A DNA stretch of 63,181 nucleotides, counting the filler, from Octopus bimaculoides (taxonomy: Eukaryota), in assembly GCF_001194135.2 (NCBI RefSeq). It is 5 parts of 5 records of this genome, joined end to end, with 100 filler letters (N's around TTAATTAATTAA, not from the genome) between each part and the next. Parts side by side here need not be neighbours in the genome. Positions count along the whole stretch, not along the records: positions 25,851 to 54,290 come from NC_068987.1; 4 more parts are not named here. The stretch is one strand, 5' to 3'. The position numbers and the translations under genes were made by a program. Shown here piece by piece: positions 41,471 through 53,346 of this stretch (within the stretch, counting starts at the first letter, position 1; the number at the start of each line of letters is the position of its first letter). Below the pieces are notes generated by a model. The model saw only the letters and a program-made list of their open reading frames with translations, searched no databases and had not been told where the DNA came from.

Positions 41471-41686
41471 CAGTTCTATATTTCAGAGATGAGGAATTAT
41501 GTACATTATTTACATTATTTACATTTGACAGACATTTGTCCTCATCTTGTTCGTTGTTAACACAACGTTTCGGTTGATATACCCTCCAGCTTTCATCAGG
41601 TGTCTTGGGGAAATTCCGAACCTGGGTTCTCATTCCTAACGTATTTTTCGATGTTGTTGTTGTTATTATTATTATTATTGTTGTTG

Positions 41687-41755
<69 letters not shown>

Positions 41756-41826
41756 TCACTGCCTGGAATCGAACTCGGAATCTTGGGGTTAGTAGCCCGC
41801 GCTCTTAACCAGTACGCTATATGCCC
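41471..41826 (-). mobile_element. tRNA-headed SINE-like element: tRNA-like head, (AAT)n, hammerhead module, tail
   Basis: minus strand gggcatatagcgtactggttaagagcg (A box)...gagttcgattcc (B box), then (aat)n, then gacac-ctgatga-..-gaaa-cgtt-gtgtt. Confidence 0.8.
41559..41604 (-). ncRNA. minimal type-I hammerhead ribozyme motif (stem II weakened)
   Basis: CUGAUGA and GAAA intact; stem I gacac/gtgtt; palindromic AACGUU; stem II agctg/caacc has 2 mismatches. Confidence 0.6.
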
Positions 41827-41870
41827 CAAAATACCATAGGAATGAGAACCCAGGTTCGAAATTTCCCCAA

Positions 41871-41915
41871 GACACCTGATGAAGGCAGGAGGGTATGCAG
41901 CCGAAACGTTGTGTT
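41871..41915 (+). ncRNA. minimal type-I hammerhead ribozyme motif
   Basis: gacac CTGATGA a ggcag..cagcc GAAA cgtt gtgtt; core intact, stem II 4/5 bp. Confidence 0.7.
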
Positions 41916-42264
41916 AACAACAAACAAGATGAGGACAAATATCCGTCAAGTGTAAATAATATAAATAATGTATCTAGACAACTGTTTCACTCACTGAGAT
42001 CGATTCCTGTATTCGGAGGGAGCACAGTAGCTTTCTCGGCACACACGTGTTTACCCTAAAGATAATGAAAGATTAAAGTTTTTTTTTCATTAGTTACCGA
42101 AGAGATACCAGTATAAAGAGGAAGAACCTGTACAGTAGTCAGAAAACCGGCAGCCTCAAGGATATCCTCAAAGAATCGAATGCTGACGACTGACCTGATT
42201 TTATCTCAAGCACACCATATTCAAACCTATTTCATACATCTACGCTGACAGTAGTAAGTAGGAA

Positions 42265-42600
42265 TGTGAATGCATATGGCTTAATGGTTAGAGCGTTTGG
42301 ATCACGTACTTACGGTCGTGAGTTCGTTTCCTCGCGGCGTGTTGTGTCCTTCAGCAAGACTTTGTATTTCACGCTGATCCAGTCCACTCAGTTGGCAAAA
42401 ATTAGTTTTGTTTGTAATTTAGAGTGTCAGCTTCGTCTCGTCAGATTCTGTGTCACGTCGAATCACCCTGGGAACTACGTTAAGAGTATGCGTGTCTGTG
42501 GAGTGCTCCGCAACTTGCACTTTAATTTCACGAGCAGGCTGTTCCGTCGATCGAATCGACTGGAACCCTTGTCGTCGTAACTGACGGAGCACCAGCAAGT
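42265..42600 (+). mobile_element. tRNA-derived SINE (D-like head with family C 3' part)
   Basis: gtgtccttcagcaagac..ccagtccactcag..gtgtcacg..gaactacgttaag..cacgagcaggctgttccg. Confidence 0.75.
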
Positions 42601-42715
42601 AGGAAACTAATGAAGGTACCCTGTAAACGCACAAAGCCTTTAGCTCTCACAAACGTCAAACTTCTTTAATTTATATGTGGCTACATATGTCTATTAAATC
42701 TCATCTACTTGAAAC

Positions 42716-42787
42716 CTTTCTCAAGCCAATTGACCGCGAACCACTCCCTCATTCCGTTTCGGAATTCTTCTGCTTGGTTGTCAATTA
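42716..42787 (-). CDS. candidate 72-bp phase 1-1 exon
   Basis: tttacag acceptor and weak GTTTCA donor; only one open frame, IDNQAEEFRNGMREWFAVNWLEK; no recognised homolog. Confidence 0.25.
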
Positions 42788-43710
42788 CTGTAAATATCGA
42801 TCAATAGAGGATCAAAAACATTTGACATTTGCGAATAGAATTTCTAACAAGATCATCATGTCGGAACAATTTTCCTTTCTGAAAGCTATCCATTATTCTT
42901 TCCTACCTCAGGCACTTTTATCAGTCTTTCGTATAATTTCTGATTTTACCTCCAAGAAAATAACTCTTGCAATCAAACATATTACGCGAAAGACGACACA
43001 AACACATCAACAGTTGTCTACAGCACACAAACCAGTAAGGGAGACTCTATGCACTTGTTTGATTTGTTAGAAATAACAGCGAAATCTCCCTGAAATATCT
43101 TCTTGCCACCCAAATAACTAATGTATAATGAAGACTGCCAGTATCCTGTTAGAACAATAGCCATGGCCGGAATGCCTTTATACACAAGTCTGTGTGACCA
43201 GGGCAACAATTATTGCATACAAATATCAAAAGATATTCATAAATTCAAATGAGAAATATATAACTGACATAATTAATCATGGAAAAATAATGCAGAATAG
43301 TACCGGCCAAATATATTATTTTCAGCTTCAGTTACAAGAAGTCGTTCTGTAATCGGAATGAGACCATTAGGCGCATCTGTTTGGGTGCTGATAATTTGGC
43401 ACCGTTGACTGGGCATTCAGTCAGTTTGGGCGACGGCACTTTTTGGCGTTGGAAGCAAACATACCCATACACATACACACACACACACGGACGCGCAGAG
43501 AATACACGTACAGGTACAAAGAGTGTGTCTGTGTGTGTGAGAGAGAGGGGGAAGCGAGGAATAGAAAGATGTTACAATTCATTAATTGAACACGGTTGAT
43601 TTAAACACTTTCCCTCTCCTCACAAACATATAGAAAAACGTGTTTACACATATATAGAGAAAAAAACAGATATTGAGGGACCGAGGCAGCAAAACAGAGA
43701 GGGCGGGAGG

Positions 43711-43794
<84 letters not shown>

Positions 43795-44275
43795 GAGACA
43801 AATAGAAAGAGTGCGCTGCAGAGTGCTGGAATGTGACTTAAGAGAATAAATTGAAGCAAATCCTACCTGAAGATATCTACGCTTATAACCAGCGAAAAGT
43901 ACGCATAACAGAAATATGTATATCGTAAAACTAGAGTTACACATTCATCTCTTATGAATCCCACCCCCGTGACACATGATTAGGATTTATTCATATTTTG
44001 GGGAAGTAAATACATCAGAAAATTAAGATTTAACCTCCTTATCATAAAAGCAATATCACTTTTTTTCCGACACGATAAAGAAAATCAACATTAATTTGTA
44101 AGGGTCAAATTGTTTATATATATAATTCATATTCGAGCCAATTAATTCCTTAGTATACAACGAATTAACTATTTCTGCTATAGTTATTAAATGCAAAGAA
44201 AACTACATGAATTTCTTTACATTATTTCTTCACAGTCATAACGTATATTTAAACTGAGCATGATTACGTAAACGT

Positions 44276-44518
44276 GGAGGCGTGTGGCTTAGTGGTTAGG
44301 GTGTCAGCACCATGATCGTAAGATTGTTTCGATTACTGGACCTGGCGACGCGTTGTGTTCTTGAGCAAAACACTTCATTTCACGTAGCTCCAGTCCACTC
44401 AGCTGGCAAAAATGAGTAACGCTGCCATGGACTGGCGTCCCGTCCAGCTGGGGAACACATACGCCATTGAAACCGGGAAACGGGCCCATGAGCCTGGCTA
44501 GGCTTTAAAAGGGCGCAT
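44276..44518 (+). mobile_element. SINE family D, full length
   Basis: ggaggcgtgtggcttagtggttaggg A box; gtttcgattac B box; gtgttcttgagcaaaacac..ccagtccactcagctgg core. Confidence 0.9.
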
Positions 44519-45034
44519 GAATAAATAATAATGATTATGTAAACAACCATAAACCAAATAACACTGTGTACCATGATTTTTGTCCTTGGGTAGCGAGTGT
44601 TATTTCCTGCTTGTTTACCCCTAGAAAGTATGTATAATGGCGATTTCTTTCAAACTTTACTTTTCTTACATTTGTTCAAGCCCCAAAGAATCCNNNNNNN
44701 NNNNNNNNNNNNNNNNNNNNNNNCGCCCCAACTTTCTCTCACTCATTCTTCCTGTTTCTTGAGTAAAGCTACGATGGACTGGCGTCCCGGCCAGCTGGTG
44801 GCGAGAGGACACATGCACCATAGAAACCGGGAAACCCGGCCAATGAGCCTGGCTAGGCTTTAAAAGGGCGCATGAATAAATAATAATGATTATGTAAACA
44901 ACCATAAACCAAATAACACTGTGTACCATGATTTTTGTCCTTGGGTAGCGAGTGTTATTTCCTGCTTGTTTACCCCTAGAAAGTATGTATAATGGCGATT
45001 TCTTTCAAACTTTACTTTTCTTACATTTGTTCAA

Positions 45035-45200
45035 GCCCCAAAGAATCCCTCTCAACACAAGGATATGATTCTCCCCGACTTCTCCTGGTCCTCATCAGAG
45101 ATGCTCATAGTGTCAGCCACTTAGGGACTTGCTCAAGTGGTTAAAGTCAAGCAACTGACAAGCAAATCTGTGGTATTGAGCAGAATATTTGCTACAACGA
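45035..45200 (-). mobile_element. interspersed repeat (LINE 3'-end-like), same family as 19240 and 21841
   Basis: ccccaaagaatccctctcaacac reverse match. Confidence 0.6.
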
Positions 45201-45865
45201 TATTTCTGCTTCTACAACTCAGCGCTGAATCTGTCTGAAATGTAATGGAAAAAAGGTCAGTTTTAAAACATTGATGTCCAGGTCACAAAAGCAAAGTTTG
45301 AAGGGAATAGCAATTTCCTTTGATTTTTAGATAGAACAAAAAACACGGTAACAGTTACTTGGTTAAACTGTTACGCGGTGTAATGAATTCATCTGTTTGT
45401 GTGGATAAGTTTATATCAATAGATATATGTACGCAAGATTTGGAAGTTATCAGAGCAGCTACTGATAGTTGTTAACTATGCATTAGACAGCATCTGTGCT
45501 TTATAGGCAGCGTGTGAAAGAATGTGCGTGAAGAGGTAGACAGAAATGTCTTATGAAGATCCACCAAAATAATACTATAGCGATTACAATAAGAGACACC
45601 CATCATTGTCACGACTGTGCTAAAACATTTCAGTCCCCCACCCAGAGCTAAAGTCACACCCGTGCTGCCAATCTATCTATCTATCTATCTATCTATCTCT
45701 CTATCTATCTATCTATCTAACTGTCTGTCTATCTATCTGTTTGTCTGTCTATCTGAAAATGTGTATGTATATGTGTATGTGTGTGAATATGTATATGTAC
45801 GTAAGTGTAGCTGTATGGGTGTGCCTGTGTGTATGGGAGAGGGAGAGAAAAGAAAGGCAAGAGAG

Positions 45866-45905
<40 letters not shown>

Positions 45906-48594
45906 GAGAGAATAAAGTGAGGGAAGAGGGGGAGAGGGCAAGGGAGAGTCAGGATAGAGAGTGGGGGAGAGCGTGAGAGTGTGTATGTGTGTGTGTTTCT
46001 CAGAATTTATTTTTGACTTTTCTTCAAATCGACATCAGAATAGATTAATGGGGTTTTTGTTTTCAATGGCATGTTTCCAGTTGTCAATACGAACACATGC
46101 AAACAACCATAGGCATTTNNNNNNNNNNNNNNNNNNNNNNNNNNNNNNNNNNNNNNNNNNNNNNNNNNNNNNNNNNNNNNNNNNNNNNNNNNNNNNNNNN
46201 NNNNNNNNNNNNNNNNNNNNNNNNNNNNNNNNNNNNNNNNNNNNNNNNNNNNNNNNNNNNNNNNNNNNNNNNNNNNNNNNNNNNNNNNNNNNNNNNNNNN
46301 NNNNNNNNNNNNNNNNNNNNNNNNNNNNNNNNNNNNNNNNNNNNNNNNNNNNNNNNNNNNNNNNNNNNNNNNNNNNNNNNNNNNNNNNNNNNNNNNNNNN
46401 NNNNNNNNNNNNNNNNNNNNNNNNNNNNNNNNNNNNNNNNNNNNNNNNNNNNNNNNNNNNNNNNNNNNNNNNNNNNNNNNNNNNNNNNNNNNNNNNNNNN
46501 NNNNNNNNNNNNNNNNNNNNNNNNNNNNNNNNNNNNNNNNNNNNNNNNNNNNNNNNNNNNNNNNNNNNNNNNNNNNNNNNNNNNNNNNNNNNNNNNNNNN
46601 NNNNNNNNNNNNNNNNNNNNNNNNNNNAAATGTGTGTATATATATATATATTCATGTATTAATATATCTCCATATATAAATGTGTGTATATATATATATA
46701 TTCATACACAACCAGTTATATGTATACATATATGTGTGTGTGTGAGCGAGTGTGTGTGTATGTGTGTGTGTGTGTGAGTTTGTGTTTGTGTGTGTGTGTG
46801 TGGCTTTTTTTTTGATATTTCGTTTCATTCATACAACGTTAGTGGTTGCTTCACCTTGTCTTCCTGATTGCATTGAAATATATTTCTAATTTCAATTAGC
46901 TATTAGCCAAATATTCACAACGTATGAAAGCAACTGAAAAACAAAAGGTTAAGTTCCTGATCAAGGTCTAGTTCTCCCTATAATATCTGCTGCTGGGTTA
47001 TACGAATGACCTTTAATATTCACGGCGTTGCTTTTGTAAGTACAGAATTTTAAACTATGGCAAAAATTCATGTTGACGCTATAAAGAGTAATAATTGTAG
47101 GAGATAAAAATTATTAGAACTGCTTACTTTACAGAATTAGTTGAAACCAATTTTAAAATTACATTTGCGAGTATCAAAGCTTAATATATGCTAATTATTC
47201 TCTTACTGAATTCACTTGAATAATATAACTTCATACGCATGAGTAATTGTGTAAACTTATGCCTGAGTTATTCCTTATTTATGTGGAACCAAATGTTCCG
47301 CATCGTTTTTAAACGTCATTAGTCTGAAGAATTTCTTTTTCATGAAATGCAATGACTCATCGCATTGATATTTTATACAATTTTCACAAAAGTTCAATGG
47401 GCGATAGAATGAAATTCTTTAAATTAAGACGATATATGATGTTTTTACAGCCGATCAGAGTCGATTTTCTGCCTAAATAAACTGAGTAAAGATGAAGTGA
47501 ACGGATAGATAAGGTATTCGACGACTGACGTGTTGTAAGTTCAAATCCGCTGTAGTAGACATTTTATTGTGTTTATATGCTAAGNNNNNNNNNNNNNNNN
47601 NNNNNNNNNNNNNNNNNNNNNNNNNNNNNNNNNNNNNNNNNNNNNNNNNNNNNNNNNNNNNNNNNNNNNNNNNNNNNNNNNNNNNNNNNNNNNNNNNNNN
47701 NNNNNNNNNNNNNNNNNNNNNNNNNNNNNNNNNNNNNNNNCATGTTTGTGTTAACTATGTGTTCTCTACTGTTAATTATTTGAATTCTTCGTTTGAGGAA
47801 AGAGCTGGTTTCTAACCAAGATACAAAGCTCCACCCTTGAAAAGTAGATGACAAAAGCAATGTCATATTTAAACTTGAGAAAAGTCTTGTATATTTTTAC
47901 GGTTCCACTTGCAAATTGTATTTGTGATGTGCGCGTTGGTTGATTTCTTTTTCTGAAAAACTTAACCTAACCAAACAACCAGAAAACCAAGTACATCAAT
48001 TATTATTTGTATAAATATGAATTTATAATCTGATATAGAAGCTGGAGGTTCAGAAGTATTTGTGTATAGTTATCCTTTTTTTTCTATAGTTAAGTTTTTC
48101 TCTTTGAATTTCAAAGAGATATTTGCATTAGCATTACAATTGACCTATATGACAGCACATGCTTTTATTGTGTCGGTCCCAAACATCAATGTCTGACCTG
48201 TTATGTTTGCACTTAACATATTTTGATGGGGATGTTCTAGCAATATTCCTTGTGTAGATGTTTGGGTATGTATTCAATAACAAGGGTCACTTTATTTCTT
48301 TTCGAAAGACATTGTACAATGTTTTTGCGACCTTGGCGTGTCGTATAGGAAGGTAATACCTTCATGACTCTTTTGGGCAATTTCTTGCACGTAAGTAAGC
48401 ATGTATGAATGTATGTATATGTGTATTACTTACAGATTCGTGGTCGAGATGACTCCAGACATCTGATGAGATGCCTCTGAATCTTTGAGTTGTGTGATGC
48501 TGAGTCAAACTGTGTCTATCTATCTGCCTGTCTGTCTTTCTGTCAGTCTGTCTTTCTGTCTGTCTGTCTATCTATATACAGATATAAAATATAT

Positions 48595-49288
48595 TACTCT
48601 TTTTTACTCTTTTACTTGTTTCAGTCATTTGACTGCGGCCATACTGGAGCACCGCCTTTAGTCGAGCAAATCGACCCCAGGACTTATTCTTTGTAAGCCT
48701 GGTACTTATTCTATCGGTCTCTTTTGCCGGACCGCTAAGTTACGTGGAAGTAAATACAGCAGCATCGGTTGTCTAGCGATGTTGGAGGACAAACACAGAC
48801 ACACACACATACACCCCCCACACACATATATATATATATACATATATACGACGGGCTTCTTTCAGTTTCCCACTTCCAAATCCACTCACAAGGCTTTAGT
48901 CGGCCCGAGGCTATAGTAGAAAACACTTGGCCAAGGTGTCACGCAGTGGGACTGAACCCGGAACCATGTGGTTGGANNNNNNNNNNNNNNNNNNNNNNNN
49001 NNNNNNNNNNNNNNNNNNNNNNNNNNNNNNNNNNNNNNNNNNNNNNNNNNNNNNNNNNNNNNNNNNNNNNNNNNNNNNNNNNNNNNNNNNNNNNNNNNNN
49101 NNNNNNNNNNNNNNNNNNNNNNNNNNNNNNNNNNNNNNNNNNNNNNNNNNNTCCAAATCCACTCACAAGGCTTTAGTCGGCCCGAGGCTATAGTAGAAAA
49201 CACTTGGCCAAGGTGTCACGCAGTGGGACTGAACCCGGAACCATGTGGTTGGAATGCAAGCTACGTACCACACAGCCACTCCTACGCC
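48595..49288 (-). mobile_element. young SINE family A, split by gap with duplicated overlap
   Basis: close to family consensus; 48870-48976 repeated at 49151-49255. Confidence 0.9.
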
Positions 49289-50199
49289 AATAATACAAAT
49301 TCACTCAATAATATATTTTTAGTAGAGTGGCCAGGTGAGGCCTCCCATGGCTACAACCTACTCTTTATGAGTATGCCAAAGATGTAGAAGACACTTGTTA
49401 GATTATCAGTTTTACGTTTTATACTCTTCTTCTGTTTGTGTAGATAGGTAGGTAATTTTACATTGCAGACACACACACAAACACACACACACATACACAC
49501 ACACATATACACACATGTCCACACAGTCTCTCTTTCACTTCCCCCCTCTTTCTCCATCTATCTACACACATACGTATATGCAGCATACGTACATAAGTGC
49601 ATGTAAGCATATACGCATGTACAAACACACACACATATGGACACGCATGTAAATATTTATGTATATATGCATGTATGTTTGAGGTATGCTATCATTGCTA
49701 TCAATCATTGGACTACAGCCATACAAGGTTTACCTCTTGAAAGATGCTTTAGGGTGTTGTATCGATGCCAGATACCTGTACATTGCTAACTATTGCAACG
49801 CTTTCGTAAGACAAAAACGTAAAAAAGGGGATAGAGATTCAAGGGAAGAACTCTGAGACGAACAAATTCCCCAGATAATATTATTGAAGGAATCTTTGCT
49901 TCTAGAAATACACGGAAGCAGAGAAGCACTTAAGAACACTCAGATACATGCTCTCCACACACACATACGTATGCATAGATAAAACTCATACACGCACGCA
50001 TATACCTACACGAATCTGTGTGCGAGCGCGCGTGTGTAGTTGATACTGTCACACTGTTACGTCTGCTTCATATTTCGTTTGTAGATCGGCAACGTGAAAC
50101 TCGCCAATTTGTGAAGCTTTTCATGGGTCAATATAATGTAATATCAGTCATCTTTTAGTACAGAGCACCCATTCCCTTTTATTTGTACATACGCATTTG

Positions 50200-50238
<39 letters not shown>

Positions 50239-50770
50239 NNNNNNNNNNNNNNNNNNNNNNNNNNNNNNNNNNNNNNNNNNNNNNNNNNNNNNNNNNNNNN
50301 NNNNNNNNNNNNNNNNNNNNNNNNNNNNNNNNNNNNNNNNNNNNNNNNNNNNNNNNNNNNNNNNNNNNNNNNNNNNNNNNNNNNNNNNNNNNNNNNNNNN
50401 NNNNNNNNNNNNTATATATACATATTTATAAAACATACACACTCATATATATATATATGCATACGTATATATATATCAAGGTGTGTATTTGAGTGCGCAC
50501 GCGTGTGTGTATATGTATGTGAATGAATGTGCGTGTGTGTGTGTGTGTGTGCGTGTGTTTGTGTGTACTTAAGTCTGCTTCTATGTACGCGAGATGTGTA
50601 TAGTCGTAGATAGCATCATTTGCAAGAATGTTTGCTACTTGCCAATTTTATGCTGCAATCAATATGTTCGTTTCGAATAAATTATTAACGAACATAATCA
50701 CTTCTTCATATTCACTTCCGTGGAAGTATATCTCCTCGGTTCCTACAAATTACTTTTCGAAATTTTATAG

Positions 50771-50842
50771 ATGCACGAAACCGCAAATTAGAGGTGCATT
50801 CGCTATGACGTTCGTTAAAATTATGTCAAATCCATATTGCCC
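50771..50842 (+). CDS. candidate 72-bp phase 2-2 exon
   Basis: ttttcgaaattttatag acceptor and strong GTAAGT donor; single open frame CTKPQIRGAFAMTFVKIMSNPYC. Confidence 0.3.
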
Positions 50843-51701
50843 GTAAGTATTAATTATTCTCACTTTCAGAACTTTCTAGAATACGGAATTCCATTTATCT
50901 GATTTGAGTAGAAAATCATTAAAAGTTCAGTAGAAAAATTAAGGCCTTTGTACCAAGAAATCTCTTAATGATTCAACATGTTACCTCCAGTAGTTCAATT
51001 TTCATTAAACTTTACACAGCGCTAATTAGGGTGCTATCAGAGCTTAAATACTAGCGAGACACCTTTCTTGTTCTGTGCATATATTTTAAGAAAATTGAAT
51101 GTCTTATGTGATATATCAATGTAAACTGAAACATCGAAAATCTCACTGTTTCTTAGTATAATAATTAGTTTTGATTACGCACGTAACCTAATTAGTAGGC
51201 GGAAGTATAGTCAATTGAACCCGCCTAACTATAATACTAATATCTAATTTAATAGCCATTGCTGTGAGGAAGAATGAGTAAAACTATCAAATATAAAATA
51301 AGAAAAATGATGTCTTGCAACAGTTACAATATAATATTAACCAACATTCCTAAATTTTGCGTATGCATGTATGTATGTATGTATGTATGTATGTATGTAT
51401 GTATGTATGCATGCATGTATGTATACATGTATGTATGTATGTATTAATTTATATTTTCATCTCAAGTAATATATATAAAAGTAATTTAAGGTTAAATTGA
51501 AGGATTATTCAGTTTTATTAGAACATATGTTAATTAAATTTCGCCATGTTAAAGGAGACTTCGTAGTTGCGGCCTTCCGTCACCTTCCTCGGAACAATAT
51601 CTATAAGCGCAGATCAGACCCTAGTATTGATTGATATATTATAAAACTAGTTTTTTTTTTTTGTCAGTTCGAGATTACCACTCTTTGTCTGTTTACTATA
51701 T

Positions 51702-52050
51702 ATTAGAATGAAGGATAGCAGGATCCCCAAACAGACGCTATATTGGGAACTCGGTCAAGTCCTCATTAAAGGCCTGTGATATGCAGAAGACCGACTGGCA
51801 GAGCAATGCCTGTCATAGCCACAGATAGAGGAAGCAGGTTAAAGAGGAGGTCGACACCTTTGAAAGAGCTGCTGGAAAGCGCGCTGCTGGCTTGGTGAAT
51901 GAAGAAAGCTTGGTTAGCAATGTTTGCAGTCGTGTATGCTTGTCAAGAGCAGAGCTCATCAGTCACCAGCGGAGCCGCAGATTCAAAATATAAGTAACTC
52001 CTAGAACGAACAATATTCCTAAAGGACAGCAATGGTCTTCCACGGTCACG
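51702..52050 (+). mobile_element. RTE/BovB-like LINE 3' fragment
   Basis: IRMKDSRIPKQTLYWEL and terminal VCSRVCLSRAELISHQRS (C2H2-like RTE C-terminus). Confidence 0.75.
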
Positions 52051-52282
52051 AGTGGACTGCCATCATATATCTCTATCTATCTATCTATCTATCTTAAAAT
52101 ACACTCACATATAAACATATGTACATACAGACACACGCACACATTTACACACGCACACACATTTATACACACACATATTTACACACACACATACGAAGCT
52201 ATATATCTGTATTAGATTTTGCTGGTGAGCTATGTACAAACGAATAGTCAATAATAATGACATCATTTACGGTCCATTTATT

Positions 52283-52496
52283 AACTCTTACTCTTTTACT
52301 CTTTTACTTGTTTCAGTCATTTGACTGCGGCTATGCTGGGGCACCACCTTTAGTCGAGCAAATCAACCCTGGGACTTACTCTTTGTAAGCCCAGTACTTA
52401 TTTTATCGGTCTCTTTTGCCGAACCACTAAGTGACAGGGACATATACGCACCAGCATCAGTTGTCAAGCAATGCTAGGGGGACAAACACAGACACA

Positions 52497-52537
<41 letters not shown>

Positions 52538-52730
52538 ACACTCACGCATTTATATATATATACATGTGTGTGTTTGTGTGTGTGTGAGTGTGTCTTTGTG
52601 GTTACCTCCCCGTAACTTAGCGGTTTGGCAAAAGAAATCAATGTTCAATTAAAGCCCGTTAAGGCGTTGCTCCAGCATGGCCACAGTCAAATAACTGAAA
52701 ACAAATGAAAGAATAAAAGAATAAAAGAAT
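52283..52730. mobile_element. two SINE family A 3' halves back to back across (CA)n/(TA)/(TG)n
   Basis: minus tail 52283-52500 and plus tail ~52590-52730; no heads. Confidence 0.8.
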
Positions 52731-52815
52731 AAACTGTCTGTCGTAGAGATAAGTATTGAATCAGTTCCCTAATGCGGTTTATGAATGAAGTAATATTACC
52801 TAAGTTCTCGATCGC

Positions 52816-52850
<35 letters not shown>

Positions 52851-53222
52851 CCAAGTAAACTAGATCAGCCACCATATCTAATCAACAAGAACTTTGACTG
52901 ATCAAAAGAAATAACTTTATATGAGGTTAGGGAATAAATTAGAGAAAATATCATATATCTATTTTCTTGTTTTCTTAATTATTTTATCAAATGAGTGTCT
53001 ATATTTTTTTTGTATAATTTATTTACTTTTGCGACGTGATTATAATAATCTTTGTTTACAAGAGATTAATATTTCTTATAATACGAAACCTGTTGAACTG
53101 CTTCAGTTGAACGGTCGAAAGACAAGTGCGTAAAGTGAGTTAACAGGAAATGACTTTATGCTACAACGAATCTAAGGCTTGTGCTATGTTTGCTGGGAAA
53201 ATAGATAATGAACTAATTTCAG

Positions 53223-53346
53223 ATACCTGGAAATGGAGCTAATGAAGTTGAAAGGAAATCTTCGTTTGCCAAGTCAAGTTGTGGAAAGATTCTTTGAAAT
53301 TAAAGGATTCCGTTTACGCAAAAAGTCACAACATGAATCTTCACTT
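53223..53346 (+). CDS. candidate exon (phase 2 to 0)
   Basis: ctaatttcag acceptor with branch-like ctaat and GTAAGC donor; one frame open throughout: YLEMELMKLKGNLRLPSQVVERFFEIKGFRLRKKSQHESSL. Confidence 0.3.

Noticed and set aside
41751-41826. Functional tRNA-Ser gene
   Set aside because: No proper acceptor stem or long variable arm and no T-run terminator; it is a SINE-type head.
42675-43070. 131-aa plus-strand ORF
   Set aside because: No recognisable motif; runs into an interspersed repeat; partly the antisense of the 42716-42787 candidate.
43867-43944. Minus-strand ATG exon with signal-peptide-like MCNSSFTIYIFLLCVLFAG and CAG/GTAGGA donor
   Set aside because: Phase does not match the next candidate exon, and hydrophobic frames arise easily in T-rich DNA.
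44420-45050. Apparent tandem duplication across a short gap
   Set aside because: About 200 bp including unique flank is identical on both sides of the gap; most likely unmerged contig overlap or haplotype artefact.
48870-49255. Identical ~105 bp on both sides of a gap
   Set aside because: Unmerged assembly overlap within one SINE.
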